Origin: Heptranchias perlo
Taxonomy: Eukaryota
Assembly: GCF_035084215.1 (NCBI RefSeq)
Contig: NW_027139559.1
Span: 1,612,001 to 1,676,000 of the forward strand
Reading direction: 5' to 3'
DNA length: 64,000 bases
Shown one piece after another: positions 50,172 through 63,429 of this stretch (positions within the stretch are counted from its first letter, which is position 1; each line of letters opens with the position of its first letter). Under the pieces are notes generated by a model. That model saw nothing but the letters and a program-made list of their open reading frames with translations. It did no database searches and was not told the DNA's origin. Made by a program: the position numbers and the translations under genes.

Positions 50172-50917
50172 GTGAGAAAATGCAACCAATTCACAAGCTT
50201 GCACAGGTGAAACATGTTGACTTTCTTTCTCAGTATTGGATTAGTTGGGATGTTATTGTGATAATTTATCTGTGCCAGTTTATGGTGCAGTGAGACAGTA
50301 AAGATCATTGGGGATGTTTCAGCAGCAATGGCTGAGGTTCCTGAAGGTGCTCGCTGCCGGGCGGATGTTGCAAAAGGCATGACTATGAGATCTTGACAAA
50401 TACATGAATATTATTCTATGGTCAGGGTAACACATTGATCAGCTCTTTCATGATATTACAAGCAATTTACAAATAATTGTGATACATACTATTTAATTAA
50501 TTCACCAGATCAATCCAGGTGAAACAGAAAGGAAACAGAACAGAAATGTATGTTTTACACACAAGGGATCAAACTTTAACAATGCGGTTCTGTTACTTTT
50601 TACATTTGTGAGGATTTATTGTGTGTGATACTGGGTATCAGTACAAAAATGTGTTTAAAAAAATGAAACGGGTGAGAGACGGACGGAGATAGAAACGAGA
50701 AAGGCAGAGAGAGAGATGGACAGAGAGGGGGTGCTGTATAAAGATTGAACCTACAGATACGGACACAAAACCAACAATGAGCTGTTCTTCCTTTCAAAGA
50801 TTTTGTTTAAACGATACGGGTAAGGGCCGGGGAATACGACTAAGTGGATAGCACATTCAGAGAGCCAGCAGACACGATGAACCGAATGGCCTTCTGAGCT
50901 GTCGAATTCATTCAATC

Positions 50918-51348
50918 TTTCTCTCTTTCTTTGTCTCCCTCTCTCTCTCTCTCTCTCTGTCTGTCTGTCTCTCTCTGTGCCTCTCTCTCTCTGTTTGTAT
51001 CTCTCTCTCCCTCTGGTGTCTCCCTATATCTGTCTCTCTCTATTTGTCACTCTCTGTCTCTCTCTGTTCCTTTCTCTCTCTCTCTGTCCCCCTTTCTCCG
51101 TCTTTCTCTGTCTTTTTCTCTGTCCCTATTTCTCTTTCTATATATATATATATATATATATATTTCTCTCCCACCCTGTCTCTCTGTAACTGTCGTCCTG
51201 TCTCTCAGTTTTTCTTTTTCCCTGTCCTACTCTCTCTCTGATTCTCTCCATCAGTCCCTTTCTCTGCCTCTCTCCCTATCTGTCTGTCACGCTCTGTCTC
51301 TCTATGTCCCTCTCTCGCTCTATGTCTTTGTTTCTCTCTCTCTCTCTT
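50918..51348. repeat. CT-rich low-complexity tract with a (TA)n core
   Basis: (CT)n/(CTGT)n with (TA)~12 at ~51138-51162, in the C1-C2 intron. Confidence 0.92.
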
Positions 51349-51559
51349 AGCTTCGTTGAGTTGTACATAGTTTTGATTCGACTCAACATACGCGCAAACA
51401 CCAAATTATTTTTAAAAATTCAATAATAATCAGTGAGAGACATATTCACATCATACCGTGTTATGGATTATCAATGAAATTGAAATCCTTGATAAATTTC
51501 CGAAACCATCAACACTAAATCATCGCCCCGATTCTGAATCTCTCGTTTCTCACTGACAG

Positions 51560-51862
51560 AGCTCACGGTATTTCTCAGAGATCCTTCCGTTGTCGAAGTT
51601 TGGATCAATAAAACTGCCACCCTGGTGTGTGAAGTGGTCTCTCCGGTTCCCACTGAGGTTACCATCTCTTGGACAGTGGGTGGAAAGATAAGGAATGAAG
51701 GAGTTCAAATTGAACCAGCTAAAAAGGATGGAAACCAGTACCTGACAATCAGCCACTTGACCAGCAGCGTGGCAGAGTGGGATAGCGGGGTTGAATACTC
51801 GTGTTCGGCACAACAGGATCAATCATCTCCTCCGGTATTAAAACGAATCGGAAAGATAAGAG
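51560..51862 (+). CDS. IgNAR: IgNAR C2 exon
   Basis: 303 nt; ELTVFLRDPSVVEVWINKTATLVCEV...NEGVQIEP...GNQYLTISHLTSSVAEWDSGVEYSCSAQQDQSS. Confidence 0.96.
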
Positions 51863-51938
51863 GTGGGTAAAATATCTATAGACATGTTTTCGGATAGCAA
51901 TGGATGGAACACTAACACTTATTGAACTTCCGTTACAG

Positions 51939-52256
51939 TCGAGCCAGTCAAGCCAAAGCTCCGCCTCCTTCCTCCATCACCAGAGGAGAGTCAAAGTAGG
52001 AGCGCCCCGACTCTCACATGTCTGATAACAGGATTCTACCCTGACAACATAATCGTTTCCTGGGAGAAGGACGGAGCTGCTTTAAGCACGAACGTTACCA
52101 GTTTCCCCAGTGCTCTTGAACAGGACCTAACCTTCAGCACAAGGAGCAACCTCATTTTGCCTTCAGAGGAATGGAAGAAAGGATCAAGATACACCTGTAT
52201 CGCCTCACATCCCCCTTCACAATCCGACGTGAAGGCGACCATCCGCAATCTGAAAG
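51939..52256 (+). CDS. IgNAR: IgNAR C3 exon
   Basis: 318 nt after a 76-bp intron; VEPVKPKLRLLPPSPEE...LTCLITGFYPD...ALEQDLTFSTRS...YTCIASHPPSQS. Confidence 0.96.
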
Positions 52257-54869
52257 GTACGGACCGTTTTTCAAAATACATTTACACAATCAGTGATTTT
52301 TACTTAAATCTCAGACCAAACTCGTACCACACACGCACTTGTGATCGGATCCCCATAGGTTACAGGTATAGCAAAATATATGGATATCAATGAATGCGCC
52401 TTTAATTCACAGACAGCAATTGGACGATAAAATGATCAGCACTCTGAATGTGTTCGCCGCCACAAGCTATGTGAGGACCCAATGGTAAGAAGGGGCACGT
52501 TAAGGATCTCTTCAAACTCACTGCACGGTACCCTGGTGATTGTGGGCTTTCTTTAAACAGGAATATGCAGTAGCTAAAGACACTAAATCCACTTATCACC
52601 AGGCAGAGTGTTCCATACTATGTGGGGAGAAGACTTTGAGTGGCGTTTACTTCACTCTGCACTGCCTGGTTTAGGTTTAGCTGGACACTGAGTGGTTGCC
52701 AGCAGCGAATTTAAAGACAAAAAAGCAGATAGTACTCAGGGGACGCAACCAATTGATGTGAGGAACTTTGTACATTTCATGTTTTCAAAGCTTCTGAACC
52801 GCCAGCGCTAAACGTCAGAGGAGACAGAAACGTGTCAATTGACTGAACTCAATGATGTGACCTTCTGTTTCAATGAGTGTAAACTCCGCTCGTGTGATGA
52901 GTTTGTTTAATCTCTAATTGTTTTTTTCGATCAAATTGAAGAGTTTGCACAATAACCGGCCCAGCACCACCGTGCTAGGCGTGGGGAATCGTTCAAACCT
53001 CTGTAGATCTTAGGTTGGTTCCCCGATTACTGCTGAGTTCGTTGATCTCACCTGGTGGCGTTCGGGACCTTATAATCGAGCTTAGTGGCCCGCGATTCGT
53101 GAGGTGGCAATAGCGCATTGTTCTGCTCCTGGTCTCTGGTAAGTGCGTGTATGGTCATTCTGGGAACAACAAGATAGGAGTTGCCTGCGATGCCCTGACG
53201 ATGCAATAGCCTACTGATACTGCGTATGAGCACTCGCGAAGTATCGACCCCTGAGAATTGGATGAGGTACCGGACGTCGACCTATAGTTCACATACACTA
53301 GTGAGGAAAAGAGAGGATATAATAGCAAACCCGGCAATTAGACTCAAACTCGAGCTCCTCCGATTGGTAAGCTCCTGTACACTAGAATGGCCCTGTACAG
53401 TAAGAAGGTGCTGTGTTTCACCCCCGGATCTTCACTGAGTTAACTGATCTCAACTGGTATCTTTTTTGGAAGTTCCGGTGGACTACGCACATCCGGGTTA
53501 CTGTGGAGAAACCCGTTCTTGTCTCTTACTCGGTTCGGGGGAGACCTTGTTGAAGTCGGGGTGTTTACACCTCTGCTGAGGGCAGGATTGGACGGGGCTT
53601 TGCTGCTTTCACTGTAGAGTAGGCTGTTGATGCGCAGTCTTTCTGCTGATTCACGAAGAATGGCCACTTGAGAGATACTCAAGGCGACCTTCTCCAGTGA
53701 AGCTTGTACCGGAGTAGCAATAAAAACAGACATTTATATATCATCTTTAAGCGCCTCATACCATTTCACAGAGTTGTAAGGAAAACATAACCAAGTTAAA
53801 TAAGGGAAGATTATGAGGCGTGACCAAAAATCTTGCTGGGTTTGAAGGAGGGTCTTAAAGTGGGAGCAGGAGGGGGAGAGGCGGGGAGGATTAGGTCGGA
53901 AAGTCCAGCGCGAGACCTGGGATCTAATCAAGGTATCACCACCTTCCTTATGAATGAAAAAGTGTTGTCCGTTTTGTTATTTCTTGTCCTATTCCCGGAT
54001 CAGTGGAGTTCCACAGAATGATCAGCGGACTGAAGTTCATCCAACACCGACATGGTTTATTTCAGCCACTCAGTGAATGAGAGTCAAAGTAAAAGATCAT
54101 CGTTACAGCTACAAACGCCACACTTGTTGCTGCTATAAGAGCTTCCTTACGTTTTCACTCAATCTTTGGCTCCCTCAGATATCAAGGTTAAGTCCCTGAA
54201 TTATCCCTTTTGGTTATCGCTCGCTTCTGACTACTCCAAAAACGGTCTTTTTTTGATAAATTTGAAAATGTCAGTTGACTTTTCAGTGGATTATTCCATG
54301 AAAGCAGCAGCGGATCGACGCTAGAATCTTGTAGAGAAGTACAAATAATTACCATCCTGGAAAGCCGGCTCCATTAACCGAGAGTACAAAGGCCATTTTC
54401 CAGCGGTTGCCCAATTTATTATTAAATCTTCGATCATTCGTACTCTGCACAGACCCAGAAAGTTGATATTTCATATGTCCCCTGAATATCCAAGTGCATT
54501 TAGGTTTCTACTCAAATAGTGGCGGCATAAAGCCTAATGTGGACTTCCCAGAACAATGGTTTGTACAAATGTCACTCCATTTTCACTGGGATTGTTAGAC
54601 GATCATTAATAATATCCTGTAAAACGTACAGCAGAATTTTCCTCCAGTTCTGCTGCTCTGTAAACTGTTACATGATTCTCCCTGTTTGGGTTTGGTTCTA
54701 ATTTTCCAATGTGGCATCGTATTGCCCTCAGGTAGAAGCCATGCATTAACAGACTTTTAAAATACCAGGAGGCGTCTGGGATGCTTCCTTACTTCGTTCG
54801 TTGGGAATCCAGGAATATATCCCAATTAGTACAGTTAAAATTAAAACTAAACCGAGTATGTTGTAAATC

Positions 54870-55063
54870 AGAAATTAGAACAGAAAGTGCGAGAAAAACA
54901 GAGCAGGCCCTTCAGAATCTGTAAAGATAGATGGTGTTGTATGATCCTTACTGAGAACTGAAACCACTCTCTGGAACTGTCTGACCTCCTCAGCCCCACG
55001 CTATCCTTTCTGTGTAGAGATGCCTCAAAGTTGCTGACTATTTGCAGCATTTCCTGTTGTTAT
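54870..55063. mobile_element. Degenerate short palindromic shark repeat (likely non-autonomous Penelope-derived)
   Basis: Inverted ends AACAGAAAGTGC...AGCAGG / GTTGCTGACTATTTGCAGCATTTCCTGTT; related fragment at ~16580-16620. Confidence 0.45.
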
Positions 55064-56685
55064 TAACGATATTATCCCGTCGGGTCTGCTCATCCAATGC
55101 GAATCAAATGCTGTGACTTCCTTTGTAGCACACACTTTTTTCGCCTTTTAGTATATTACAGATCCCAGGTCGATCTTCCCCGAAACTAAAGTCGCCCATT
55201 GTCTTCATTTTAGAAGACTGAGGTGAAGATCTCATTGTTGCAATCAGACCATTTCCTTCAGGTGGAATTTCTGCTGCTTGTTGCTTCCAAATACCCCTGT
55301 GTTGAAACTCAGTTTACTGCTTCAACTTATGGAGATGATTCACCTTGTTACAACCAATCATCTATTTTCTTCTTACCCTCCTATCATTTCATTTTACTGT
55401 TAAAGGATGGTCATTTTTGGAAATGAGGTATTGCACAAACCCCTTCAGATAAGAGTGACCTAGTAACACACACTGTGAAATAAACCGCACTCATTTTATG
55501 AAAGGACGATAACCTACTGTGATTAAATCAGAGATCCCAGTAGACAAGTATATAGTCATATCTGAGAAGGTGGAAGGAGAGAGAATGGAAGTGATTGTAA
55601 TCAGTCCGGTAACAGTTTTTATAACACTCCCCTCTGGAGCATTGGCATCATTGAGAGAAATGGAGCAATTTTAGTGTAAGATTACAAAACAGAGTTACAA
55701 TATTGGACATGTGCAATGGGCCCGTCACTTTGGTCCACTGTGGGGCGTTGGAAAGTTCAGAGTTGAAATCCCAGGTGAATATAATGAAGGCGGAGTCTAT
55801 AATTTTCAGGGCAATACATTAAGCTTTTATCGAGAACGCGGTGGGAGGATTCCTTAAGATTGTATCTCATGCATAAAGTAACGATTTCGACGCTCAGAGT
55901 GGCTCTTTTACTTTAAAACTGAAGGCATGCTCTCCCACTTTCTGGTAGTACTTCCGTTCCTGCTCTCAAGGTACGGATACTAGAGAAAACCTTCCCACTG
56001 TTACTAGTGTAGATATAGAGCAGGACTGGACCAGGTATATCATCGTGAAATCATAGAATTCCTCACTTTACACTCTTCAAACGATGCCTCTTAAAACTCA
56101 ACCTTCCAAAAGCGCTCCCTCCTCGGTCTGATTGGCAGTTTGTATTTCTCTACACTGTCTACCTTCTCTAAGTGAGAGAGCAAAATCGGTGCCAAATGAC
56201 GCAGAACATCCGCAGATTGGTGCTGAGGGCACGTTTGCTTTCGCCGTTGATTTGATTGGTCGGTCCGAGACAATCTCATTTCAGACCCAAGCTTTCGAAC
56301 TGGAAAAGAGAGGACCTTTATATGAGGTGTATTGGAACCCGCTACATACAGGCCACAGGGCAGCGTTTGACCTCCAGCATCAGTCAGTCTGAAGGGTGAA
56401 GGCTTGCATCACCAGAGCGGGCAAAAAGAGGTCCCCATTTTAAAACAGTCAGTTCTCGAATAGTGGAATGTTGGGATATATTGTGGAGGAAATCATTCAA
56501 TGAAGCCAGAGGGACGGAAACAACGAGCCCAGATGGGCTCTGTCTTATTAGCTCAGCAGAAATAAGCTGAGAAAACTCATAACGGCCGACAGTAAGTATG
56601 ATTTAACTTTTTGAATATGTTGCAGTCGTTATTACCCGTGGTTTCAACATGACACTTTGAAATTACCATTCCCTCTTCTTTCCAG

Positions 56686-57006
56686 AAGTATGTCATGGGA
56701 CAGACATTTCTGTCACCATACTGAACCCTTCTTTTGAAGAGATCTGGACCAAACGAACAGCGACCATTGTTTGTGAAGTCGTTTATAGCGATTTAGAAAA
56801 CGTCAGCGTGTCCTGGCAAGTGGATGGGAGTCGGAGAACGGAAGGAGTGGAGACTCAGGCTCCTGAGTGGAATGGAAGTAAATCCACAATCGTTAGTAAA
56901 CTGAAAGTCACCACGACAGAGTGGGGCAGTGGGGTTGAATATTTGTGCTTTGTGGAAGACGGTGAATTGCCAACACCAGTGAAAATCTCCACCAGAAAAG
57001 TAAAGG
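56686..57006 (+). CDS. IgNAR: IgNAR C4 exon
   Basis: 321 nt; EVCHGTDISVTILNPSFEEIWTKRTATIVCEVVYSDLEN...PEWNGSKSTIVSKLKV...YLCFVEDGELPTPVK; keeps the N-terminal linker Cys. Confidence 0.96.
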
Positions 57007-57084
57007 GTAAGCACAGATAATATTCGTTCAGAGACTGACCCTACTCCATCAATGGTCGTTAAAGATCATTCATTTTCTACAATA

Positions 57085-57780
57085 AGGATAGTGATAGACT
57101 TCAAGATGATATAGACAGGCTGGTGGAATGGGCGGACACATGGCAGATGAAATTCAACGCAGAAAAGTGTGAATTGATACATTTCGGTAGGAAGAAAGAG
57201 GAGAGGCAATATAAATTAAAGGGTACATTTCTAAAAGGGGAACAGGAACAGAGAGACCTGGGGGTATATCTGTCTAAATCGTTGAAGGTGGCAGAGATAG
57301 TTGAGAAAAAGATTAATAAAGCATACAGGAAACTGGGCTTTATAAATAGAGGTAGACAGTACAAAAGCAAGGAGGTTATGATGAATCTTTATAAAACACT
57401 GGTTCGGTCACAAATGGAGTAATGTGTCCAGTTCTGAGCACCGCGCTTTAGGAAGGATGTGAAGGCCTTGGAAGGAGTGCAGAAGAGATTTAATGGAATG
57501 GTTCCAGGGATGAGGGGCTTCGGTTACGTGGTTGGACTGGAGATGCTGGGGCTGTTCTCCTTAGAACAGAGAAGGTTATGAGGATATTTGATAGAGGTAT
57601 TCAAAATCATGAAGGACCTAAACAGTGTCGATAGAGAGAGACTGTTCCCATTGGCTGAAGGGTCAAGAAGCAAAGGACATAAATTTTCAGGGCTACGGGG
57701 ATAGGGCATGGGAGTGGGACTAGCTGGATTGCTCTTACAGAGAGCCGGCACGGACTCGACGGGCCGTAACCATTCTATGA
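57085..57780 (+). mobile_element. CR1 3' fragment in the C4-C5 intron
   Basis: WADTWQMKFNAEKCELIHFGRK...LYKTLVR. Confidence 0.92.
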
Positions 57781-58134
57781 TATCATGAAATGCTCGTATA
57801 ATTAGTGAAACATAATCCGGGATCCTGCCATTCACCCAACGGGTAAAGAATAGCGAGACAATTGCATGCGGTTTGAAACTGTTGTGTCCCAACAGATTCA
57901 ATGTTATCCAAATATGAGATTCTCTCCAACTCTTTGCAAGCTAACATTAGGTCACAATGAAAACCACCAAAAGAAAGAACATTAAAGAAATCCATGGCCC
58001 CGCAGTGGGATGTGTAAACTTTCTCAGATAACAATTCCAAATGTCCAAACGCGCATATTACCAGCAGACGGGAATGCGAAGTGAAGAAAGGACAAGAGAC
58101 AGACTCAGTTTAACAAATATTGTTCTCTTTCCAG

Positions 58135-58508
58135 TTGACGGAATGTATCCTCCGAAAGTCTACGTCCTGCCTCCATCAGCGGTCGAGATTGAAACTGAGA
58201 AGACGGCAACCCTGGTGTGTTTAGCAACCGGCTTTTACCCTGCCGAGATTTACGTCGCGTGGTTGGCCAATGACACCCTTTTGGATTCAGGTTACACCAC
58301 CCAACCGGACACGGAGAAGGAAAGTGGTTCCAGCTCCATTGTCAGCAGACTGAGAGTCACCGCAGCGGAGTGGAACAGCGGGACCACTTACTCCTGTTTA
58401 GTGGGACACCCGTCTCTCACAATGAATTTACACAGAAGTATAAATAAATCTTACGGTAAACCTATTTTAGTTAATTTTCCATTTATTCTAGCCGACAGTT
58501 TTCAATAG
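58135..58508 (+). CDS. IgNAR: IgNAR C5 exon plus secretory tailpiece (internal donor for the membrane form after 58455)
   Basis: VDGMYPPKVYVLPPS...LVCLATGFYPAEIYVAWLANDTLLD...YSCLVGHPSL...SINKSY-GKPILVNFPFILADSFQ*; G|GTAAA internal donor. Confidence 0.96.
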
Positions 58509-58834
58509 TGTACATAACCCCCCGTGGTTCAATAGCTTTTTTCTATAGAAGTGTTAGGGCTGTTATGTTCGAGCATCTGAGTCAGCGCGTCTCCCATTTA
58601 TCGTGCGTCACAGTCACCGTCCAGTTCAGCTAACCATTGTTTAGATATTTCGCAAATCTGTGAAACTATATCAGTGAATGAAGGATAATTACGGTTAGAA
58701 TCCGATAACGGTGAATAACCTTAATACCGCTTTATACAAGTTGCAATATTTTTGAAGATTCTTTGAAGGGTTTCGTGACGTTATTGGATAAACTGGAAAT
58801 TATGCTTTCGTATGTATGTGTCTCCGCAAATTAC

Positions 58835-58840
58835 AATAAA
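58835..58840 (+). terminator. Candidate polyadenylation signal of the secreted form
   Basis: AATAAA ~330 nt after the secretory stop, followed by GT-rich sequence (gttgtttgtgtgcgtgtt). Confidence 0.7.
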
Positions 58841-59149
58841 TGCAGAATGAAAACCTCCTGACTTCCCGATTCGTTGTTTGTGTGCGTGTTATCTTCGAGA
58901 TGATGGTTTAAGCCTTGATCCAGAAATCTATGGTGTCCATTGTCTAATATTCCACCTGTGCAACACGTTTCCATTCCCCAACTTTTTACAAACACTCGTG
59001 ATGCTTTTAATCAGGTTACATTCATTCTCATCATAATTAGAGTCTTCAGGGGCTGCTGTGGTTTACAATTAACCCATGAGGTATCAACCTGTGAATGGAA
59101 TTAATAAAGGTCGACAAACATCCGGTCACCCTTTAGAACGACAATTATT

Positions 59150-60285
59150 CACCAAGACTGGTAATTGCCTGGTTGCATTCTTATCTATCCAGTCATAGCT
59201 TGGGCATCTCCTGCAATGACTTCTCTTCCCGCTCCCACATCGTTACCTCTGGAGTCCCCCAAGGATTTAAATTTGGAAACTGCTATTTCTCATCTTCTGC
59301 TGCCCCTTGTCCACATCATTCGAAAACAAAATGTTTGATGCTTCATGTGTGCTGACGACACCCAACTGTAACTCACTAGCACCACTCTCGAGCCCTCCAC
59401 TGTCTCTCATTTGTCACACTGCTTATCCGACATCCAGTACTAGATCCGCAGAAATGTCCTCAAATTAAATATTGGGAAGACCAAAGCCATTGTCTTTGGC
59501 CTCTACCACCAACTCTGTTCCCTAGTAACCGACTCCACCTCTCTACCTGCCCACTGTCTGAGGCTGAAGTACACTGTTTGCAACCTCGAGTTCCTAATTG
59601 ACCCTGAGCTGAGTTTCCGACCCCAGATACTCTCCTTCATCATGACCGTCTACTTCCACCTCAATAACGTCGGCCGTCTCTGCCCCTACTCTCATCCATG
59701 CATTTGTTACCTCCTGACTTGGCTACTCCAATGTTATCCTGGCCGGCCTCCAATCTTCCATTGTCCGTAATCTTGACATCATCCAAAACTCTGCTGCCCG
59801 TATTATAACTCACAACAATTTCAGTTCCTCCATCACCCCTGTGTTCGGGGAACTACATTGGCTCCGGGTCTGGCAATGCCTCAATTTTAATATTCTTATC
59901 CTCTTGTCCTAATCCCACCGTAGCCACGCCCCTCCCTACCTCTGTAACCTCCTCCAGCCCTAGAACCCTCCGAGATCTCTGCGATCTTCCATTTCTGGCC
60001 TCTTGTGCATTCCCGATTTTCACCTCTCCACCGCTGGCGGACGTTCCTTCATCTGCCTTGGCCCTAACTTCGGAAATTCTCTCGCTAAACCTCTGCGACT
60101 CTCCAACTCTCTCTCCTTTTAGACCCTCTGTAAACCTGCCTCTTTATCCAAGCATTTGGTTACCTGTCCTAATATCTTCTTATGTGGCTTGGTATCAAAT
60201 TTTGTCTGATTGCGCTCATGTGAAGCGCCTTGGGACGTTTTACTGCGTTAAAGGCGCTATATAAATGAACTTGTTATTGTTCTTA
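59150..60285 (+). mobile_element. L2-like 3' fragment
   Basis: GGAGTCCCCCAAGGA, GCTGACGACACCCAACTG (ADDTQL), L2-type tail. Confidence 0.82.
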
Positions 60286-60349
60286 TATTGAGCTATTAAT
60301 CCATGCCATTGTAAAAGGTTTCATTGACTTTGGAACTATCCTCTTGTCA

Positions 60350-60800
60350 GTGTCGTGTCATCTTGGATCATTGACAGCTCTCTGGCTTCTGAATTCGAAG
60401 ATTGTGGGTTCAAGCTCCTCTCCAGGACTTCGGCCCATAATCTAGGCTAACACTCCAGCACAATAATCATGGGGGTGCCGCATTGTCGAAGGTGTGGTGT
60501 TTCGGATGAGACGCTTCTCCTGGGCGCCGTCCGACTGTTCAAGTGGGTGTTAAAGATCCCATGGGAGAATGAAGGAGCAGCGAGCTCTCCCGGAGTGTGG
60601 GACCCGTATTCCATCCTGAACCTACACGATATATAAAACAGACTAAGCGTCCCATTAACGACAGTGATGCTCTTAGGTCCTTGTTATGGGTTGATTGGCT
60701 GCGGGGTTGTTTATAAAAGTAACAGCGATTACACTTTAAAAAGTAATTATTTGGTTGTGAAACTTTTGGGACCTCCTGTGGGGGTGAAAGGCGATCTATG
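60350..60800 (+). mobile_element. Degenerate near-full-length tRNA-headed SINE
   Basis: GTGGGTTCAAG B-box head, core GTTAAAGATCCCATGG, tail GTGAAAGGCGA. Confidence 0.65.
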
Positions 60801-61429
60801 AAGTGGAACCATTGTTTCTTATCATCGTCGTCATTCCGGCTGATATCGCTTCAGTTGAAACACAGGTCAGGGAGAAACACAGATTCGGCCAATGGAAAGC
60901 TGAGCAACAGAGATGAAGAACCGTCTCAGAGAATCCCAGCCCACAGCGAGTCAGCTGATCCCATCCTTGCCACCAATAGTGGCGCTGCATTTTCTTCCCA
61001 AGAGAAAAAACAGTTCGTTAATTAGAATGTCCGGTTGAAACTTGATAAGTGCAGACGCCAAGCCTGAACCAATTGCCCAGGTTCGCGAACTGGTGGGCAG
61101 GGCGGAATCCAGGCCCATCCGCAAAGACTCACCACCTTCTGAAAGGGGGGAAGCAACTGGTCTCGCAAAAAAAGAGCAACATGCAGCAATTACACCAATC
61201 ACTTAGACACGGTGCATTCTGTTAAGTTTCTGTTATACTTGGTATGCTGTGTGGGGCACAAAGCATGAGTCCAAACAGGTTAACCTTCGTGGTTTTGAGA
61301 TCTGTCAGGTGAGGGAACGCTACACCTGGTGGCTAGGTTTTGGAAAATACGCTCACGTATCCAAATTTGCACAACTATCATGACTGGCCGGCGGAGAGCC
61401 AAGCTTGTGTTGCTGAATCTTGGTACCTC

Positions 61430-61790
61430 CAGCTGGAGGAGCCGCTGTTCTATGGGGTATCTTATCTATCCATGCTGGAGGATATCTTGGTGAGGTAGTG
61501 CAGCCGCCGTTCTATGGCATATCATCTCTATCCATGCTGGAGGATATCTCTGTGAGCTGATGGAGCCGCCCTTCTATGGGGTTTGGTATCTATCCATGCT
61601 GGAGGATATCTCGGTGAGTGGATGGAGCCGCCCGTCTATGGGGTATGGTATCTATCCATGCTGTGGGATATCTCGGTGAGATGGTGGAGCCGCCCTTCTA
61701 TGGGGTATGCTATCTATCCATGCTGGAGGATATCTCGGTGAGTTGATGGAACCGCCATTCTATGGGGTAAGGTATCTATCAATGTTCGAA
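61430..61790. repeat. ~62-bp minisatellite (~6 copies)
   Basis: Unit GGAGCCGCCCTTCTATGGGGTATGCTATCTATCCATGCTGGAGGATATCTCGGTGAGTTGAT. Confidence 0.88.
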
Positions 61791-63271
61791 GATACATCAC
61801 TGTGCTGCGTATCTCACTCCGCAAATGACACATCCTTGATTCACTGGCCTCGACTTATGCCCAGCTGCACCTAGTTAGTGAGCAAATTGATGTGCTGCCC
61901 TTCTCACGGTGCCAATCTGTGAATCCCACAATACGGCATCAGATAATGCTAATGAAGTGCATTCGAAATCGGATAGCTCACCGGAGATTGAACTTTCGCT
62001 TTCACATTTTAAACAGAAAGGACTTGCTTTGGAGTCGGTTTTACGCCCTAGCGTGTTGCTATTTAGATCACGTAGCATGTCAGTTCACTGTGGAAGAACA
62101 CTCGTAGAGTGAAATCTATGATTTGTAAATAACCATACAAATTTGTGACAATATGACAAAGTTTACTCTGCGCCAGGTCAGTCACTACTGCGATTATGAT
62201 GCTTTGAGTTTCAGAATCCAATCGCCTACACTCAATACAAATACAATGCCCCACCAACGCCCCACCCACCCCCCACCCCTCCCCCCCCCCGCCCCAAAAT
62301 CTCGGCCAGGATTATCATAGCCCGACAGTCTACATGACCGGAGATTTGTCAGTGGTGACACATTCCGAAGTTTAAGGGAATTGTTAACTTAATTTTCAAT
62401 TCTGGCTCTCATGGCCAAAACGTTAGGGATAAAGCTTCATATCGTGTTTTTATTACAGAGTATTAGTGGCACCATACTGGAATATACGCTGCGGTGTGTT
62501 ATAGATTCCACGAGATAATAATAATAGAGAAAACAAAAAATTGTACAAGAAATATATCAGGTCAGGAATACGAAACCTAAAAGTATGTCAGCGTCATCAC
62601 CGTGAATCACAACTAAATCTAATGACAGTGATGCAGGTCTAACGACACTGTGTAGATGACAATGTGAAATAGTTTATATATAGTCCTATTTCCGAACGCG
62701 TCTGTATTTGCAAGTAACCTGTTATATAAAATGTCAGTAGGTGACGACCGTCGAATATAAGTGCGCTGATCAGACATAGTTGAATCTTTAGCCCGAAGTG
62801 TTTCCCTGTCCCCGCTTTACTGGCGATCTCTTATGTCAGTTTATGTGAGCCGCAAGAAATTTGGTCCTATAATCAGATCAACTTCTGTTCAGAATGGTAT
62901 CGAGTTTCATTCTTTTACACAGAACTTCATTAATTTTATTGTTATCCGCTGCCAAAACAGAAAGTAAAGCTGTTTTATTCGCTGAAACGTAAAAAGGACG
63001 GATATTTGTTTGCTGTATAAAATCAATTTCCTGTTCTGTATACAATATCTGAACTCTACTATCACTATAGGAGTAGCCCCATTGTTCTGAAAGTCACTGT
63101 AATCGATATCGGGCTGGTTAATATGTTAGCTATATTTTTATATTCCGTCAGTGCAAATTCAAATACACCATGTCCCTCGGGACTGCCGGTTTCATTTTAT
63201 TGCAGCGCCTTTGTATCTATTCTGTTCTCAACATGAACACCTTTCTAACAATATCAATCTATTGGTTCTAG

Positions 63272-63429
63272 AAACCCCTCAAGTAAAGGACGATCCAGAA
63301 GACCCCGAGGTAGAGGAAGAAGGATTAGAAAACTTATATGAGGATGGCAGCACGGCATCAACAGTGATCGCTTTCGTGATTCTGTTTATTCTCAGTATGC
63401 TGTACAGTACATTTGTAACCGTACTTAAG
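63272..63429 (+). CDS. IgNAR: IgNAR transmembrane exon TM1
   Basis: Acidic spacer ETPQVKDDPEDPEVEEEGLENLYEDGS then TASTVIAFVILFILSMLYSTFVTVLK with the antigen-receptor CART motif; acceptor ttctag|, donor AAG|GTAAT. TM2 not identified. Confidence 0.93.

Noticed and set aside
50931-51350. Ser/Leu-rich ORFs
   Set aside because: Translation of a CT microsatellite
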